From: Nymphaea colorata
Taxonomy: Eukaryota
Length of the DNA: 64,000 nt
Assembly: GCF_008831285.2 (NCBI RefSeq)
Contig: NC_045138.2
Span: 30,318,001-30,382,000 of the forward strand
Reading direction: 5' to 3'
A program made the translations under genes and the position numbers. The notes beneath the pieces are model-generated. The model was not told the DNA's origin, did not search any database, and worked only from the letters and a program-made list of their open reading frames with translations. Of this stretch, positions 1-13,061 are shown in pieces. How positions within the stretch are numbered: position 1 is the stretch's first letter; the number at the start of each line of letters is the position of its first letter.

Positions 1-1066
1 AAAGCAAACAGGTATTTCATGTTTGGTGAAATATTCTGAGTCAAATGCAACGAAGGGTCAAAGAAATTCCACTTCCACCAACACCAACAAGTTCGCCATG
101 TTTGATTTCTTGCTACCAACCTCTCAAATATCTATTTGTGAAAATTTTCCTAGGCGAAGTTTGGTTATCTCAAATCTTTCAACAAATTGCAGGTTTGAAA
201 GCCGTAAATTTACAATTTTTGTTATGCTTTAGATTTTTAAAACTTAAATTAAAACGGAAGAATCTCAAGACAAGTCAAGAAAAGTCTATGATTTATAAAT
301 TTTTTAAGATGACGTGATTAGACATGTTCTAAACAAAATGATCATTTGGAAGTTGCAAACGCCATTTAAGGAAAGGAAGAAATGGCTACGTTTATTTTTC
401 CTAGGTAAATAAGTTCGCACTATGGCCCATAGAATTCAAACCTGTGACTTGATATCTGCCGGCTAAGGGAAAAACTGTTTGCAAAACTACCACCATGCAT
501 GAAATTTCAGAAAATGCGTTCACCTACATATAAAGTTATAGCCACTAGTATCACTTCATACCGGACATAAAAGATTTTTTAGAATTATCACTTTGCCTTC
601 GCTGCTATAATATCAGCCTTCAAAATGATAATTTATTCCTGTTTTTAGAACTAAAGAAATTGAATTAGATGAATAAACAATAGCCTTTCCCTTCTTTTCG
701 ATGCAAAGAAACAAGTGATTGAAATAAATAAATCCTCCTCTAATCCCCCAAGGAAACCGACGAACGAGGAATACGACCAAAACCCAATCCGTGGAATTAA
801 AGTGAAGAACACAAAGGGTGAGGGTACTCCTCTAAGCCCTCCTTGTAGGTAGAGAGAGTAGTGAGGGAGAGGGAAGAGGTCTGACGCCCACCAACTTTTC
901 TCCCTCGCTGCAGGGAATCTCTCTTGAAACCTAAACGTCAGAGAGGAGACGATTTGCTCGACACCCACCTTGTTTTTTCCGTCACTTGCTTGTATCCTCC
1001 CGGAAAAATGTATTGAGGAACCTTCCAATTTGGAAGACGAAGAAGAAGAAGAGCAGAAACATCGAT

Positions 1067-4000
1067 ATGGGTAAGTGGGGAGTGGAAAGCAGAGAGAACA
1101 TGGGGAAGATTGTATCAGTTTCTACATCGGAAGAGGCCTTCCAATGGAATCCGATCGATGGTATTGTTCAGAACTGGAAAAAGATGGAAAAAATCGTCTC
1201 TTTATCGTTATCCGATATGGGTTTTGCATGGAACGAGCCCATGGTCGGCTTCGCTCCCGGTGGCTTGTTTGCTAGCGTTGGGCAGGTGGGTGTAGGCGTG
1301 GGGATTCCTCCTAATCATCCGAGGGGGGAAGATGGTCAGAGGCAGATCCAGAGGATGATGGCGCCGGAGCTCCCTGGTGCGGATCTGTATGGGAAGTACT
1401 TGGCATCAGTGACCCCGTCGTCGACTTCGTCTGAGTTGCCGCAGCTTGGGCTTTGTAAGATTGAAATTCCGGAGAAAGAGGCCGAGGAGGAGCTGGTTGA
1501 GGGAGTTAACACGAGAGTGAAGAAGAAGAACCGTTTTAGGATTAGGGTCCGGAATGCTTCACTGAGGCGATTAATCAGTGGTGCAGTTGCTGGAGCGGTT
1601 TCTAGGACGGCAGTGGCGCCGTTGGAGACGATAAGGACTCATCTGATGGTTGGTAGCAGTGGGAACTCTACGCTGGAAGTGTTTAAGACTATAATGGAGG
1701 TAGATGGATGGAAGGGATTGTTTAGGGGGAATTTGGTTAATGTTATCCGGGTGGCCCCTAGCAAAGCTATTGAGGTGCGTTGCAGTATCCGGCAATCTCT
1801 TGTTGTTCTTTATTTTTTTTATTTTTCTGATTTGATTGCTTTTTAAATTGGGAACGATGATGTCTTCGTTTGTTCATATGTGTGGTTTCTTTTGATTTCT
1901 GTGGTATCTGTATGTGGGATATCGGGGATGACTTGTTGGATGAATCATGGTATATAGTGTTGCATGCTGCTTTTCCTGTCTTTGTTTTGCAGCCACAAAC
2001 AGAACTAAAAGTCTTCAGTCATCAGAATAGCTACATCCGCGCTAAATTTGTTTAGTTTTAGATTCTTTCTGGTTCATTGCCTGTTACCTTTCTCCTTCTG
2101 ATTTCTCCACGGTAGAGCTTGGTGCATGTTGAAGAGTATGCAAATGGAGTCTACACTTTTCCTTCTTTAAGGAATAATATCATCTCTCTATTAATTGGTT
2201 GCAATAGGTGAATCTTATATTTCCATGGCACTGATACCAAATGGTTGAGCTGTCTAATTCTTTTCTTGTCGGAAGTCTGGAGTTGATATCTGTGAGATTG
2301 TTCTTAAATTGTGGCAAGGATTTTTTTTTTTTTAGAAGTTGCTAACTGGAAATATTTTTATGAAACAAAGAGAATGCATAGAAGTTAAGCTGAAGGCTCT
2401 GAATGTCAGACTTGAATGGTTCTTGTACAGGATGCAAGAGGATAGACTATTAAAGCACTTTTTGTGCCTTTTTTTTTATGCCAAAACTTAGCTGTGACTG
2501 GCAACATAACTTAAGTCTCCTGTTGCAAAGATATTGTGGATCGATCTAGCCACTAATCATGCTTAAATAAGCTTCTAATGGATGATGATTGATGTTGGCT
2601 GTAGAGCTGGCTTGAAATCCATCTTCTCACTTCAAGATACTATTAAAGACCATCTATATAAAACCTTCAAATAGAGTAGGTAGCTAAACTGGTTGTCTTC
2701 TTAACTGGGTAAGATATTGTTCCTCTTTATGTTTGAAGTAGAAAAACAGTTGGGTGTTTGAATTGGATCACTCTTCCCTTTTCCCTTTTAATGGTACTAT
2801 TGAGGTTTGTTATATTGCCGAAGCTTTGTAAGCCTTATGGTTGGGCATTGTGTTGCTTTTCCTCCTTCTAAGTAGCGATTTCACCACTTAAAGTTCTATA
2901 CATTTTCTCTGTTTATGATTTCCTCGTGGGAAATAAGCAGTAAGTCCATGATTATAGAAAATATTTCATGTGGATTGTATGTATGCAGGATGTTGTTAGG
3001 TGCCATTTTTCTCTTTATTGTTTTCATCAGAAAATTTATGTGATAGGAGAATCATTGAGGCAACATGTTGTTTCTCTTAATGGGTGAACTTATATATGAA
3101 CTTACTTTCTTGTTCTCCCATGTTGTTCCCATCTGTTTTCCTGCAACTTTCTCGTACAATTGCTTCATTTTCTTTATCATCCATTGCCTTGTTCATATTT
3201 TTCTTATATTTTTGTTTTCCTTCTCAAGAGCCAAAATTAGCTAACTCTTTCCCATACTCCCCTTTTTCTTACTATCTTTTCTCTGTCATACTGTCTCCTG
3301 ATCAAATGTTATTCTTTATTCTTACTTTATAAGTTACTAGCTTCAACTCATTTTCAGGCAGATGTATATCAGATTTGGAATATCATATTCATATCTATTA
3401 TATATCTGATTAACATTAGTACACATACAAACTGCTTCTGCATAAGCCTGACTGATTTGGAGTCGATACAAAATTTTCTGCAAGGAATTGATGAAATCAG
3501 AAAACAATAAGAGTCTGTAAATTTTTACATAAATTTCAGTTCTTGTCCTAAGATCATAGTGGAATTCAATGCTGAGTCTTTTCAACATTATATTTTTAGT
3601 TATGGAAAAGTCAACTTTCTATTTCTTGATTTATTTATTGCCAGAGAAAGAAAACAGAAGAAAAAAATGGGATGCTGATCTGATGGATCTTTCGTTGTTA
3701 TTTCCTTCTTCAAATGTGTGGTCCCATAATTGTGGTCCTTTCTTGGTCCTCCTCAATGCACGACTGGGATAATAGACCTTTATGAGCATTAGTCAAATGA
3801 TCATGATTGTTTTACTTGAAAGGTTGGGAGGCTGTTTCACTTTTAAAGATGTCATAGTCAATGAAGCATGTTTCATGATCAATCCACTGGAATGATTTGT
3901 TCAGGATGCAACCAGCGGTGATAGATCAAAATTTCAAACTAAACTTTGAAAAGGGAATGGTTCATGACCAACTGGCAACTGTTAATCAAATGGATTACTT

Positions 4001-6149
4001 CACTCTCTCAGTGAAGATCTCATACTGGGTGGTAGACCAAAGCCTATCAATTATGTTCCTGTGCCCCTCTTTGCAGGACAATTATGTGTTCGAAAACAAG
4101 CATCTTTAAACTGTTAGGATCCGCTAGAATTAGTAGGGCTATCCATCAGTGACTGCACATCCTATTGCTTACAAGCCTGAACAATTTACTTGCAAAAAAT
4201 AATGCAGATAAAAGTGCTACACTAAATTTAGATGTGTAACTATTTCATTTTCATGCAATGTCTTGCAGAGAGGAGAGAGTACCAGACTGTTGATAATTGA
4301 TATAGAGTCATAGACAAATTGATGGCAGACCAATAAGTGATAGATATATTGGTCTCATTTCTTTGGGATAAAGAATGCTTTTACTGTTCAATATGATGGA
4401 CAATTATTTTGTAATCTATAAATGAAAAATTACCTGTTGGCCAAACTGTTGACTCTGCCTATAGTTTTCTATGTTAAGTTCCAGTCTTCCACAAATTTGT
4501 TGCTTGAAGACCCAGAAGATATATTTGGAGAATGCTATAGATGTTCTTTAAAATTTGTATAAGTATGTTACTATCTTGTGAAGCAGGCAGTTGAGCCCTA
4601 ATTTATCTACATTGACTGAACGCATATCCCTGTGTGAGCAACATGTAGCTCAGCAAGCTGGAAGAGTAAAGAGTAAAATCTCTTGTATACCGCAGCTCCA
4701 TTCAATTTTTATTCCTTAGATGCATCTTTGTCGGTGTAATGTGGTTTTATCTGTTCGTCATTTTCATCCCATTATCCGTCATGGCTACCTGTCGCCTTCC
4801 TGCTATTTCATTTTCATTTTGCTTTAGTATTTTATATAATTTGACTGCTCGTCATAAAAAAGTGTTTTTTTTGTAAAGAAGTGTTAAAAACGAAAAGAAG
4901 TCACTCAAAAGAAGGCAAGAAAACATGTTTTTTTGAAAAAAAAAAAGATATTATATCCAAGAAAAATCTCACCATTTAATACCCATAAATGATATTTGTG
5001 ACTATGCTTGACAATAATAGCTCTTTCTATATCTATATATACACACCAATGTCTGTAGATATAGTCAGTAGTCACCTATATATATTCTATTTGGTTGTTC
5101 CTCAAGTGATCTGGTGTCTTTAGTTACCTTTAGTATCACGTATATATATATTCCATTTGGTTGTTCGTCAGGTAGTCTGGTGCCTTTAGTTATTTTTAAA
5201 TTGAATCTACTTACAGCAGATAATTTTGTAACTCTTTGCTTCTTCAATTTTTGTAGACAGTTATGGCTATGCATGTAGTGTGATATGAGCTGCTTAGGAT
5301 CTGAGTTGTGTTTTTTTTTCCCTTTATAACTATTGATGGAGAAAGAGATCATCTTGTAATTTTAGTGTTGAATAAAAATAATTTCGTCATTTATTCTACC
5401 TGATGCTAAGATAAGTGTTCCACAGTTATTTGCTTATGACACAGTGAGAAAGGTCCTGTCACCTAAACCAGGAGAATCTCCAAGTTTTCCAGTCCCAGCT
5501 TCTCTGATCGCTGGAGCAGTGGCTGGTGTTAGCTCAACTTTGTGTACGTATCCCTTGGAATTAGTGAAGACCCGCTTGACCATTCAGGTATGAAAAGTTT
5601 ACTGAAATGTTCTTCATTGAAATTTTTGGCTGTCAATCTTTCATCTTCTCACCTTAATTTTGTTTTTTGCTGAAGAGAGGCGTCTATGAGAACCTGCTCC
5701 ATGCATTTCTAAAAATTATACGAGAGGAAGGGCCTAATGAACTTTACAGGGGTCTCACCCCAAGTCTGATTGGTGTGGTGCCATATGCTGCCACTAATTA
5801 CTTTGCTTATGAGACGCTCAGAAAAGCTTACAGGAAGGTCTTTAAAACTGAAGAAGTCGGAAATATTCCAACACTTATGATAGGTTCAGCTGCAGGTGCC
5901 ATTTCAAGCAGCACTACTTTCCCGTTGGAGGTGGCTAGGAAACATATGCAGGTGGGTGCCGTTAGTGGAAGACAGGTTTACAAGAATATGCTTCATGCAT
6001 TGACAAGCATATTGGAAAAAGAGGGTATTGGAGGGCTTTATGTTGGATTAGGGCCTAGTTGTATGAAGTTGGTACCTGCAGCTGGCATTGCATTCATGTG
6101 TTATGAGGCCTGCAAAAGGATACTTGTTGAGAAAGAAGATGAAGGATAG
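1067..6149 (+). CDS. BT1: Adenine nucleotide transporter BT1 (Brittle-1)-like mitochondrial carrier family protein, 3 exons, ~447 aa
   Basis: Exons 1067-1774, 5426-5587, 5676-6149, all phase 0 with GT..AG. Three carrier signature motifs (PLETIRTHLM, PLELVKTRLT, PLEVARKHMQ), GLFRGNLVNVIRVAPSKAIE|LFAYD, and the BT1-typical N-terminal PGGLFASVGQ. Confidence 0.95.
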
Positions 6150-8317
6150 GTTTCTTTCACTAATGGATGGTTGGAGTTGATGGCAATGGTGCATTCACTT
6201 CCTTTTTAAGGTGAGTGGGCAGGGACTGAACACTCCCGCAAGCTTATCCTGACGGCAAGTTTTCCAGAAATTGTTCTTCCTGTTCACCTGAACAAACCCT
6301 CAGTCTTTTTTCTTATTTATTTCATCAGAGATACATTGGCTAAGAAATGCCTCTAGATGGATGAATTTAGTCTCTTGTTATCTAGAAGTGAAAATTATGA
6401 AGGTTTTTCATAATTATTAAGCGAAGGAAGCACAGGGGATCCCATTTATACACCTTTTTAAACTGCCTTTCTCAAAGCTTCCAGTGGTTCAGATGCAGAA
6501 ATCTATGATGGGAAGGTCGTATCTTTATCATTCTTTCTGATGCCATGCAAGCTTGGAACTGATTTATGCTGCTGCAGATCGAGGCCAATTTTGGGGAAGA
6601 GTTTCCCGACTCAAGAGGGTCTTGGAACAGTTCTGCCATCAGTATGATACTTGAAATTTCCTTTTTCTGTTTCACTTTTGATTATGGCTGGGTTTGTCCC
6701 ATTCCGCTTGCCATTCTCCTGGGCCAAAGTGGACTTGTTACTCTTCTTTGCTTCAAAATAAGAATGTTGCTAGTATTTTTTGAGTTTCCGTCTTATTTCT
6801 TTACCAATAAGGGCCTGAATGCTTACCATCACAAGCTTACAGCTGGTTAGGGTTGCTGTCGCTTATGCCGCGGTCGAACGGTTGGCAGTCAAGAAGAAAA
6901 GGAACCGATCAGCAGGGCTTGCTTGTGAGAAATTTGTGTTTCTATAAAGAATAGTTATGCCGTCTCTCTTTTAGCTTTTTTCTTCTTACAGATGAGGAAA
7001 GTCAGCATTGATCTGAAAACCTCTCTCTTTTGACCTTTTCTTCAGTCTACTAAATTTTGATGCATTTCCACTTACAGATGGATCACCTGAAAAAAAAGGA
7101 TGATAATTCAAAATTATAATTATTACAAACTTAAGTTTTGTTCTGAAAAACCTACAAATTTATGCCAAGAAACATTCCGGTGTTGATCTCTTGACCTCCC
7201 TCAAGGTAAAAGCTTCAAGTCTAACACCTTAACGAAGTGGAGGAGATCTAACCCAAAAGAAAAAAACAGAAGCGTGCCTCTCTCCAAGCCGACAAGGTAC
7301 GAAAGGAGTTGATTAAAGGGCTAAATGAACTCTTGCATAGTCATCGTGAGCTTCTCCCTTGAAAGGCGATCATTTGAAGTAAAATAATCAACCCAAGCTG
7401 CACGCTAAGGTCTCTATCCGTATTCCTCGCAATATGCAGTATCATGTGTCATGTATAGGAATTGCAATTGGAAGATTCACTAAGATGCTTTCCAAATTTG
7501 TATGCCGCACAAGTTTCATCTTTCATGACTCACCAGACAAATTTATAAGTTATTTGGCCCCTCAGGTGGTATTATCAAAACTTGTTTCAGCAGCAAAAGT
7601 GGCTTGTTTCTACGACTATAGAACGTGGTTATAAACTTGATTTAACATCAAAATTAAATTTAGGAAGGCCTATTTACGTTGTAAAATTTGAGTCCCTAAC
7701 CCATTTGAATATGGTTCATGGAGTTATTTTATTGAAGAATGAAGTCTATAATTTCTGCACTTGATGGTCTTCCGAAGACCAGGTTGAGCTTTACCACCAT
7801 GAAAAGGTTCAAGCATAGTGTAAAGGGCGACAACCTTTTATGCTGCAAAATGTGTCACTAATGTACAAGTTGAAACAGAGCCAATACTCCAAGATACTGA
7901 AGATAGGTTTGTTTCAACCCACCCAAAATATGAATTTCCTTTTACCCAGATTTAAAGGCATAAGCAACTCCCGATCTAAATTTTCATATTATTCATTACT
8001 GAATAGAACTGACTCAAAAAAATATAAGAATTTCTGTTTACTTTACCCAGATTTTATAGGCATAAGCAGCTTACGATTTAAATTTTCATATTATTCATTA
8101 CTGAAGGAATTGACTCAAAAAAATTATGCCAAGAAAGGCAAGAAATGGATTTTTATGAAGTACAAATGCTTGAAGTTCAAAGGTCGAGACTTGTAGTGGG
8201 AGAAGCGAACGTGACAGATAAATTAGTTATAGGGTGTTTTCTGTTTGCTCCACCTCTGCTCTCATGTGAAGGGCATCTCCTTCACCAGCGCAGGGAAAGA
8301 AAGAGAGGGAGACGGAG

Positions 8318-11300
8318 ATGGAGGGGAGCATGATGATGTCCTTGGATAAGCTCCCCATAAGGAGGTTGACCGCCATCGAAGAAAATGGTGTCGAGCATTT
8401 TCCCCCGTAAGGAAACCCTAATCTCTCTCTTTCTCGCTCTGCATTTCCGTTGATTCTGTTTTCTGCAGTTCTAGTCGTTTTAGGGCTTCTTCGCCTTTTC
8501 CTGATTGATCCTGGGTTTTCTTGTTGTTTGGTATGGGTTGCCCTGAAGGCGCGAAGTTTCGGCCGATGAGAAGCTCCTTTCTCTCCTCCATGGGATCGAT
8601 TTCACTCCACTGGTCCTCGAGAGAGAGGCGAAGAAGCCCAAGACTTCGAAGGAAAGCCAGCCGGCGGCGGCCACACAGTGGCCATGGCAGGGCCTGGTGG
8701 AGAGCCTTCAGCAGGTTCATCAGGAGATCTCCGTCGTCATTGACCTGATCAACCATGTGAGTGAGTTTGCTGAAAACCTTTAATCTTTGATATGTTAACG
8801 TCTGCGAGGACCTTCCAGCTTGTGATTGAATCGTATATTTTCTTGCCTTTATTCAAGCTTGCTTTTTAAGTTCTCATCTCTTTCTTCGAATTTTTCGTTA
8901 TGTGTTGTGCAACTTCATATGTCGCACGATATGCGTTCACGACATGTGTTATATACTCTCTAACCTTGTCGTCTATATTGTAGTTGTGCTCCTATATTAC
9001 AATATAAATCTGCTTATGTGCCTCGGTATGTGCATGAGTGCAACCTGGGAACCCAGCTGCGCAATGGCAGCACTCTTGTTGTAAGGCAGCTATAGACTAG
9101 CAGTTAAGTTTTGGCTTTTCGCTTTTGAACTTTTCTGAATTAGTGGCCTTTATTTCCACGTACTATCGTTTCTTCACTTTTCCCTTTTCCAATTTTCCTT
9201 CCTTTACATAGAGTGAACCAGTGAATTGATGGAATCATGTCAACCTGCTTTCTTATAAAACATAGGATCTTTATGGCAAGGCGAGGTAGGCAAGAATACT
9301 CTATTCTTGCTTTGAACTAGTGAATGAGGAACTAATGGGGATAGATATTGGTGGATTAAGACACCTTTACCTGAACAGCAGATAATAGGATTTTCCTTTC
9401 CCCTCTTTCAAGTAGCAATACAGAACTGCTCGTATTGCCAGAACTTGTGAATATAAGCGGTTTATGTCTTCACATATCAATGCCCTTTTTTTGTTTGTTT
9501 TTTCTTTCAGTATACTTTGTGGTGCAAACTGATAAATAGGTGGCCTTGCAACTTCCAGATTGGGAGAATAACTAAATAACATGTTCTGGTTTCCTGAGCG
9601 TGGGCCAACCATTTTAAACAAGAGTATTCAGTTCCAGTTCTCTATTTCATGTTTCTTGTTGACTTTCCGTCAACTCAAGTATCTTTGAAAATATGAACCT
9701 TTTCTTCCTAGTTCCTGCACTTCCCAAATGACAAAATTAGTTATAGCTTTAAGTTTTGAGCAAACAAAATTTTGATACATTAGTTTCTTTTAATGCCAAT
9801 GTCAGGTGGAGGCAAATGAAGCAGTAGCAGTTGCTGGGATGACAAAGCCGAAACCGTTACCAAATGAGTTGCTGTCCGACCTATCTGTCTCATTGTCGAC
9901 CAAGTTGCAGTGCTTTCGTGTAAGCCTCTATTTTGATGTTTATATTATCATAGATGGAATCTGATTAGATGAATATGTTTGTGTGCCTTATATATCTTAT
10001 AAGTTATATTAGATGGGCGACCATGTTGTTTAACAGTTAACTTATAGATTTAGTAATAATGCTAGCTTATAAATGATCTCATACAATTTCATAACTAGCA
10101 ACAATGTTCTTCATACAACAAACCATGTTTTTGTTAATCCCAAGCATGAGATTTTTTTTATGAGCTGCTATCTATGTCACACGGACACGCGGGTGCGGGT
10201 GCGGACACGGGAGAAAATAAAAATAAAAAATTTAATGTTTTTTTTTCATTTTATCAATTTTTTGTGATGCATCCAATTATTTCCATCAATAATCCTTTCA
10301 AATACTGTGATAAAACAAAATTTTTTGTAAGATTGAACTATTAATTTAATGTTTTTTTTTAAATTTTATCTTTTTTTAAAATATAAAATTTACCGTGTCC
10401 ACGTATCCAAAAAATTTGAAAATTGCCGTGTCCGCACCCGTATCTCCGTACCTGTATTGCACCCGCACCCGTGTGACATAGGCTGCTATCATACATGGAA
10501 ACTGCAGGTTTGAGAATGTGTAGCTGCTCTTCTTCACAACCTTGCTGTAGATGCTGGTGGATTGAGTAGAATGAAGAAATTAGAGTGAAAATAAAAACCA
10601 GAAGGTGGTAGAGTATGATAATTTATTATGATCCTATACAATTATGGTGCCAACAACATGAATACATTTCCCTGGAAAAAGTTAAAAAATGGTTATGGCA
10701 GTATATACTCATGATAATTTTGTGTGTCAGTGAATGGTGGAGCTTTTCAGTGATTTTCTTTTTCAAGCTGTAGATTTTAAGATATTTCTGTGACATGTCT
10801 GCACAAAATTTCGTTTTGCATCTGTATCAACATGCACAAAATTACTAACACGTTATCACTCTTACACTTCAGTCTTTGGCTTTTAACCTGAGTGCCTTCT
10901 TTTATGTTAAAACAAGTCTTCCTTCGGCCTTATAAGTGGTATAAAAACAGGAAACTCAAACTGTTTCTCCTTAAACTTAATGCACATTTAGTGTTGATTT
11001 TGGTGTTGCTTCTCTTTTGAAAACACATCATGTGGATGAACTAAGATTCATTTTCTTGCTCATGTTTGGTGGATCAGTGGATGTATTACTTTCTTTAGTG
11101 TGCTCTAACCCATCTTGCAGCAATTAGGGAAATATTTCAAACAATCTGCCAAGGCATTGGAACAGCAAGTTGCAAGGGAGGCAAGGTTCTATGGTGCATT
11201 AAGCAGGTTGATGTTGCAATTCTTATATTAGTCTCTGTTGCCAATCATGCTGGATTTTTATGTTCATGATAATCTAATGTGTTCTTTCTTGTCTTCTGTT

Positions 11301-13061
11301 GCCTTAATAGATTGCAACAAAACTGGAAAGTAAAGCGACAACGTGCACTTGCAAGTACAGCAGGCAGTGAGGGTTTCATGATTGATTTGTCTGATAATCC
11401 ACTATCTGATCCATCACTTTCTCTCCGTCCATCTCCTGCTTCTATGGTTCGTATTGATCACGGTCCACTAGGGATGCTGACTGTGCATGTGCCTCCCAAG
11501 TCATGCCACGCTATCCAGCTTGGTTTTCTTGGTGGCAGTGAAACTGATAAGCAGAGTCAGTTGAGCACCAAGAAGTCAGGTTTCTCAGTTGAGGCTTCAC
11601 TTGAGGGGAAGGAAGAAGTCATCAGTGATGAAGATGTCAATGCTGGTGTTAAGGAAACACATTCTCTTCTCCGTGACATTCATCTGGCTATCTTTGATGA
11701 GCTGGTAAATCTTGCTCCTTGAACAACCTACTCTCTCTCTCACATCTCCAACTTATTATGTATCAACTGGCTCCTATTACTTAGGTGTTTGAATCGGTCA
11801 GCCGTGAGGCATTGTATCAAAAGCCTGGGGTTTACGTAGCAGGAATGCGCGAAAATTTTGTGCTCTTGAGCATAGGTCAGCAGGCTTCGGTCTTCTTGCG
11901 TCTCTTGCCTTCCAATGAAGATGCAACTGGAAAGGATAGTCTTCCAACCAGAGAAGCTGGTACTGTGCCTGGTCAGACAACAGAAGGAGCAATTATTACT
12001 ACAAAGAAGCATGATGATCTCAAAAAAGATAGACTTCCCAATCCGCTTGCACTTGAAATATATTTGCAGCAGTTAGTCTATGAAACGACACTTAGAGTGA
12101 AAGAGAGGCAATCTTCTGGCAGGTTGCAAGGTTCTATCCAACCTATAGGTGGTGGTGATGGAATCTTGAGTCACTTCTGCATGACTCTTGCTCACCGCAT
12201 ATTTTCATACAAAGTCCTATCCAGGCTTGAAAATTTGGTATAACTTGATCTTTTTGTAGCCCAACTCTGTATACAAGAAGAATGCAGGTAACAAACATTG
12301 TTCGTTTGTGTGTATCTACAGGTAGCCAAAGTCCCTTATCTTCGGTTGGTATCTGATGCTACCTGGCACTCTCGCACTTCTTCATGGTCAGTCTATGTGG
12401 ATGTTCCACAGTCTATCCTCAGTCTGCATCTAAATCGTCAAGCCAAGCCTTCTGGGGTGGATGTCATGCAACAGAAAGTCATGTCAAGATTCCACAATAA
12501 AGTGGTAGTAAATGAAGAATGCATCACAATTGGAGGAGAAAGCACCTCAAATGTCGTGGGTCTGTTTGTAGGTGACTCTGTGGAGATCAACTCAACTATA
12601 AATCGTTATGAATGTGATTTGGCAAATCTTTCACTTGTATTGTTGCAACAGGTAAATGCAAAGCATTATTCGTAGATAATGGAAACTTATGATCATTTGC
12701 TGAAAACAAAATTAAACTGATCTGACATAATTTGGAACAGGTTGCCAGCCAAATTGTGCATTGGCTTTTCGAGGAAGCATTGATTGTGGGCATGAAGCCC
12801 ACACGAGACTTATTGAGTATATCTTTTGAGCTGGAGAAGGGAGAAAAGTTAAGTTTAGTGGCCCATTTAGATCCGGAAGATGAGTACCAATGCTTAACCT
12901 GGTGGCTTCTTGTTGAAGACTCGGTGGTGGAAGAAGTGCAGATGCCGACTGATTTGCTTTTCAGCGGGGGGTCTGAAAACAAGAGATTCTTGGGGCATTT
13001 GTCTCTCGAGGAACTGTATGCAGTTCTTATGGACCTTGTTGGTTTATGTGGCAGCAGTTGA
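8318..13061 (+). CDS. MED17: Mediator of RNA polymerase II transcription subunit 17, 8 exons, ~664 aa
   Basis: Exons 8318-8406, 8549-8756, 9806-9919, 11121-11206, 11311-11704, 11785-12237, 12322-12651, 12741-13061, phases consistent. Motifs SLDKLPIRRLTAIEENGVEHFP, WPWQGLVESLQQVHQEISVVIDLI, VAGMTKPKPLPNE, GKYFKQSAKALEQQVAREARFYGAL and RLQQNWKVKRQR match plant MED17 as I recall it. Confidence 0.93.
10172..10481. mobile_element. hAT-type MITE (310 bp) in MED17 intron 3
   Basis: Perfect 13-bp TIR CTATGTCACACGG/CCGTGTGACATAG, subterminal GGGTGCGG/CCGCACCC repeats, AT-rich core, perfect 8-bp TSD GCTGCTAT at 10164-10171 and 10482-10489. Confidence 0.9.

Noticed and set aside
986..1066. Longer N-terminus of ORF 986..1846
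   Set aside because: It starts at a non-ATG codon. The first in-frame ATG is 1067, and the ORF tail after 1774 is intron read-through.
2228..2243. Isolated PBS-like CATTTGGTATCAGTGC on the minus strand in BT1 intron 1
   Set aside because: No paired LTR, PPT or coding remnant could be identified.
8521..8748. Arg/Ser-rich 75-aa ORF and antisense ORFs 8418-8756
   Set aside because: Alternative frames of MED17 exon 2.
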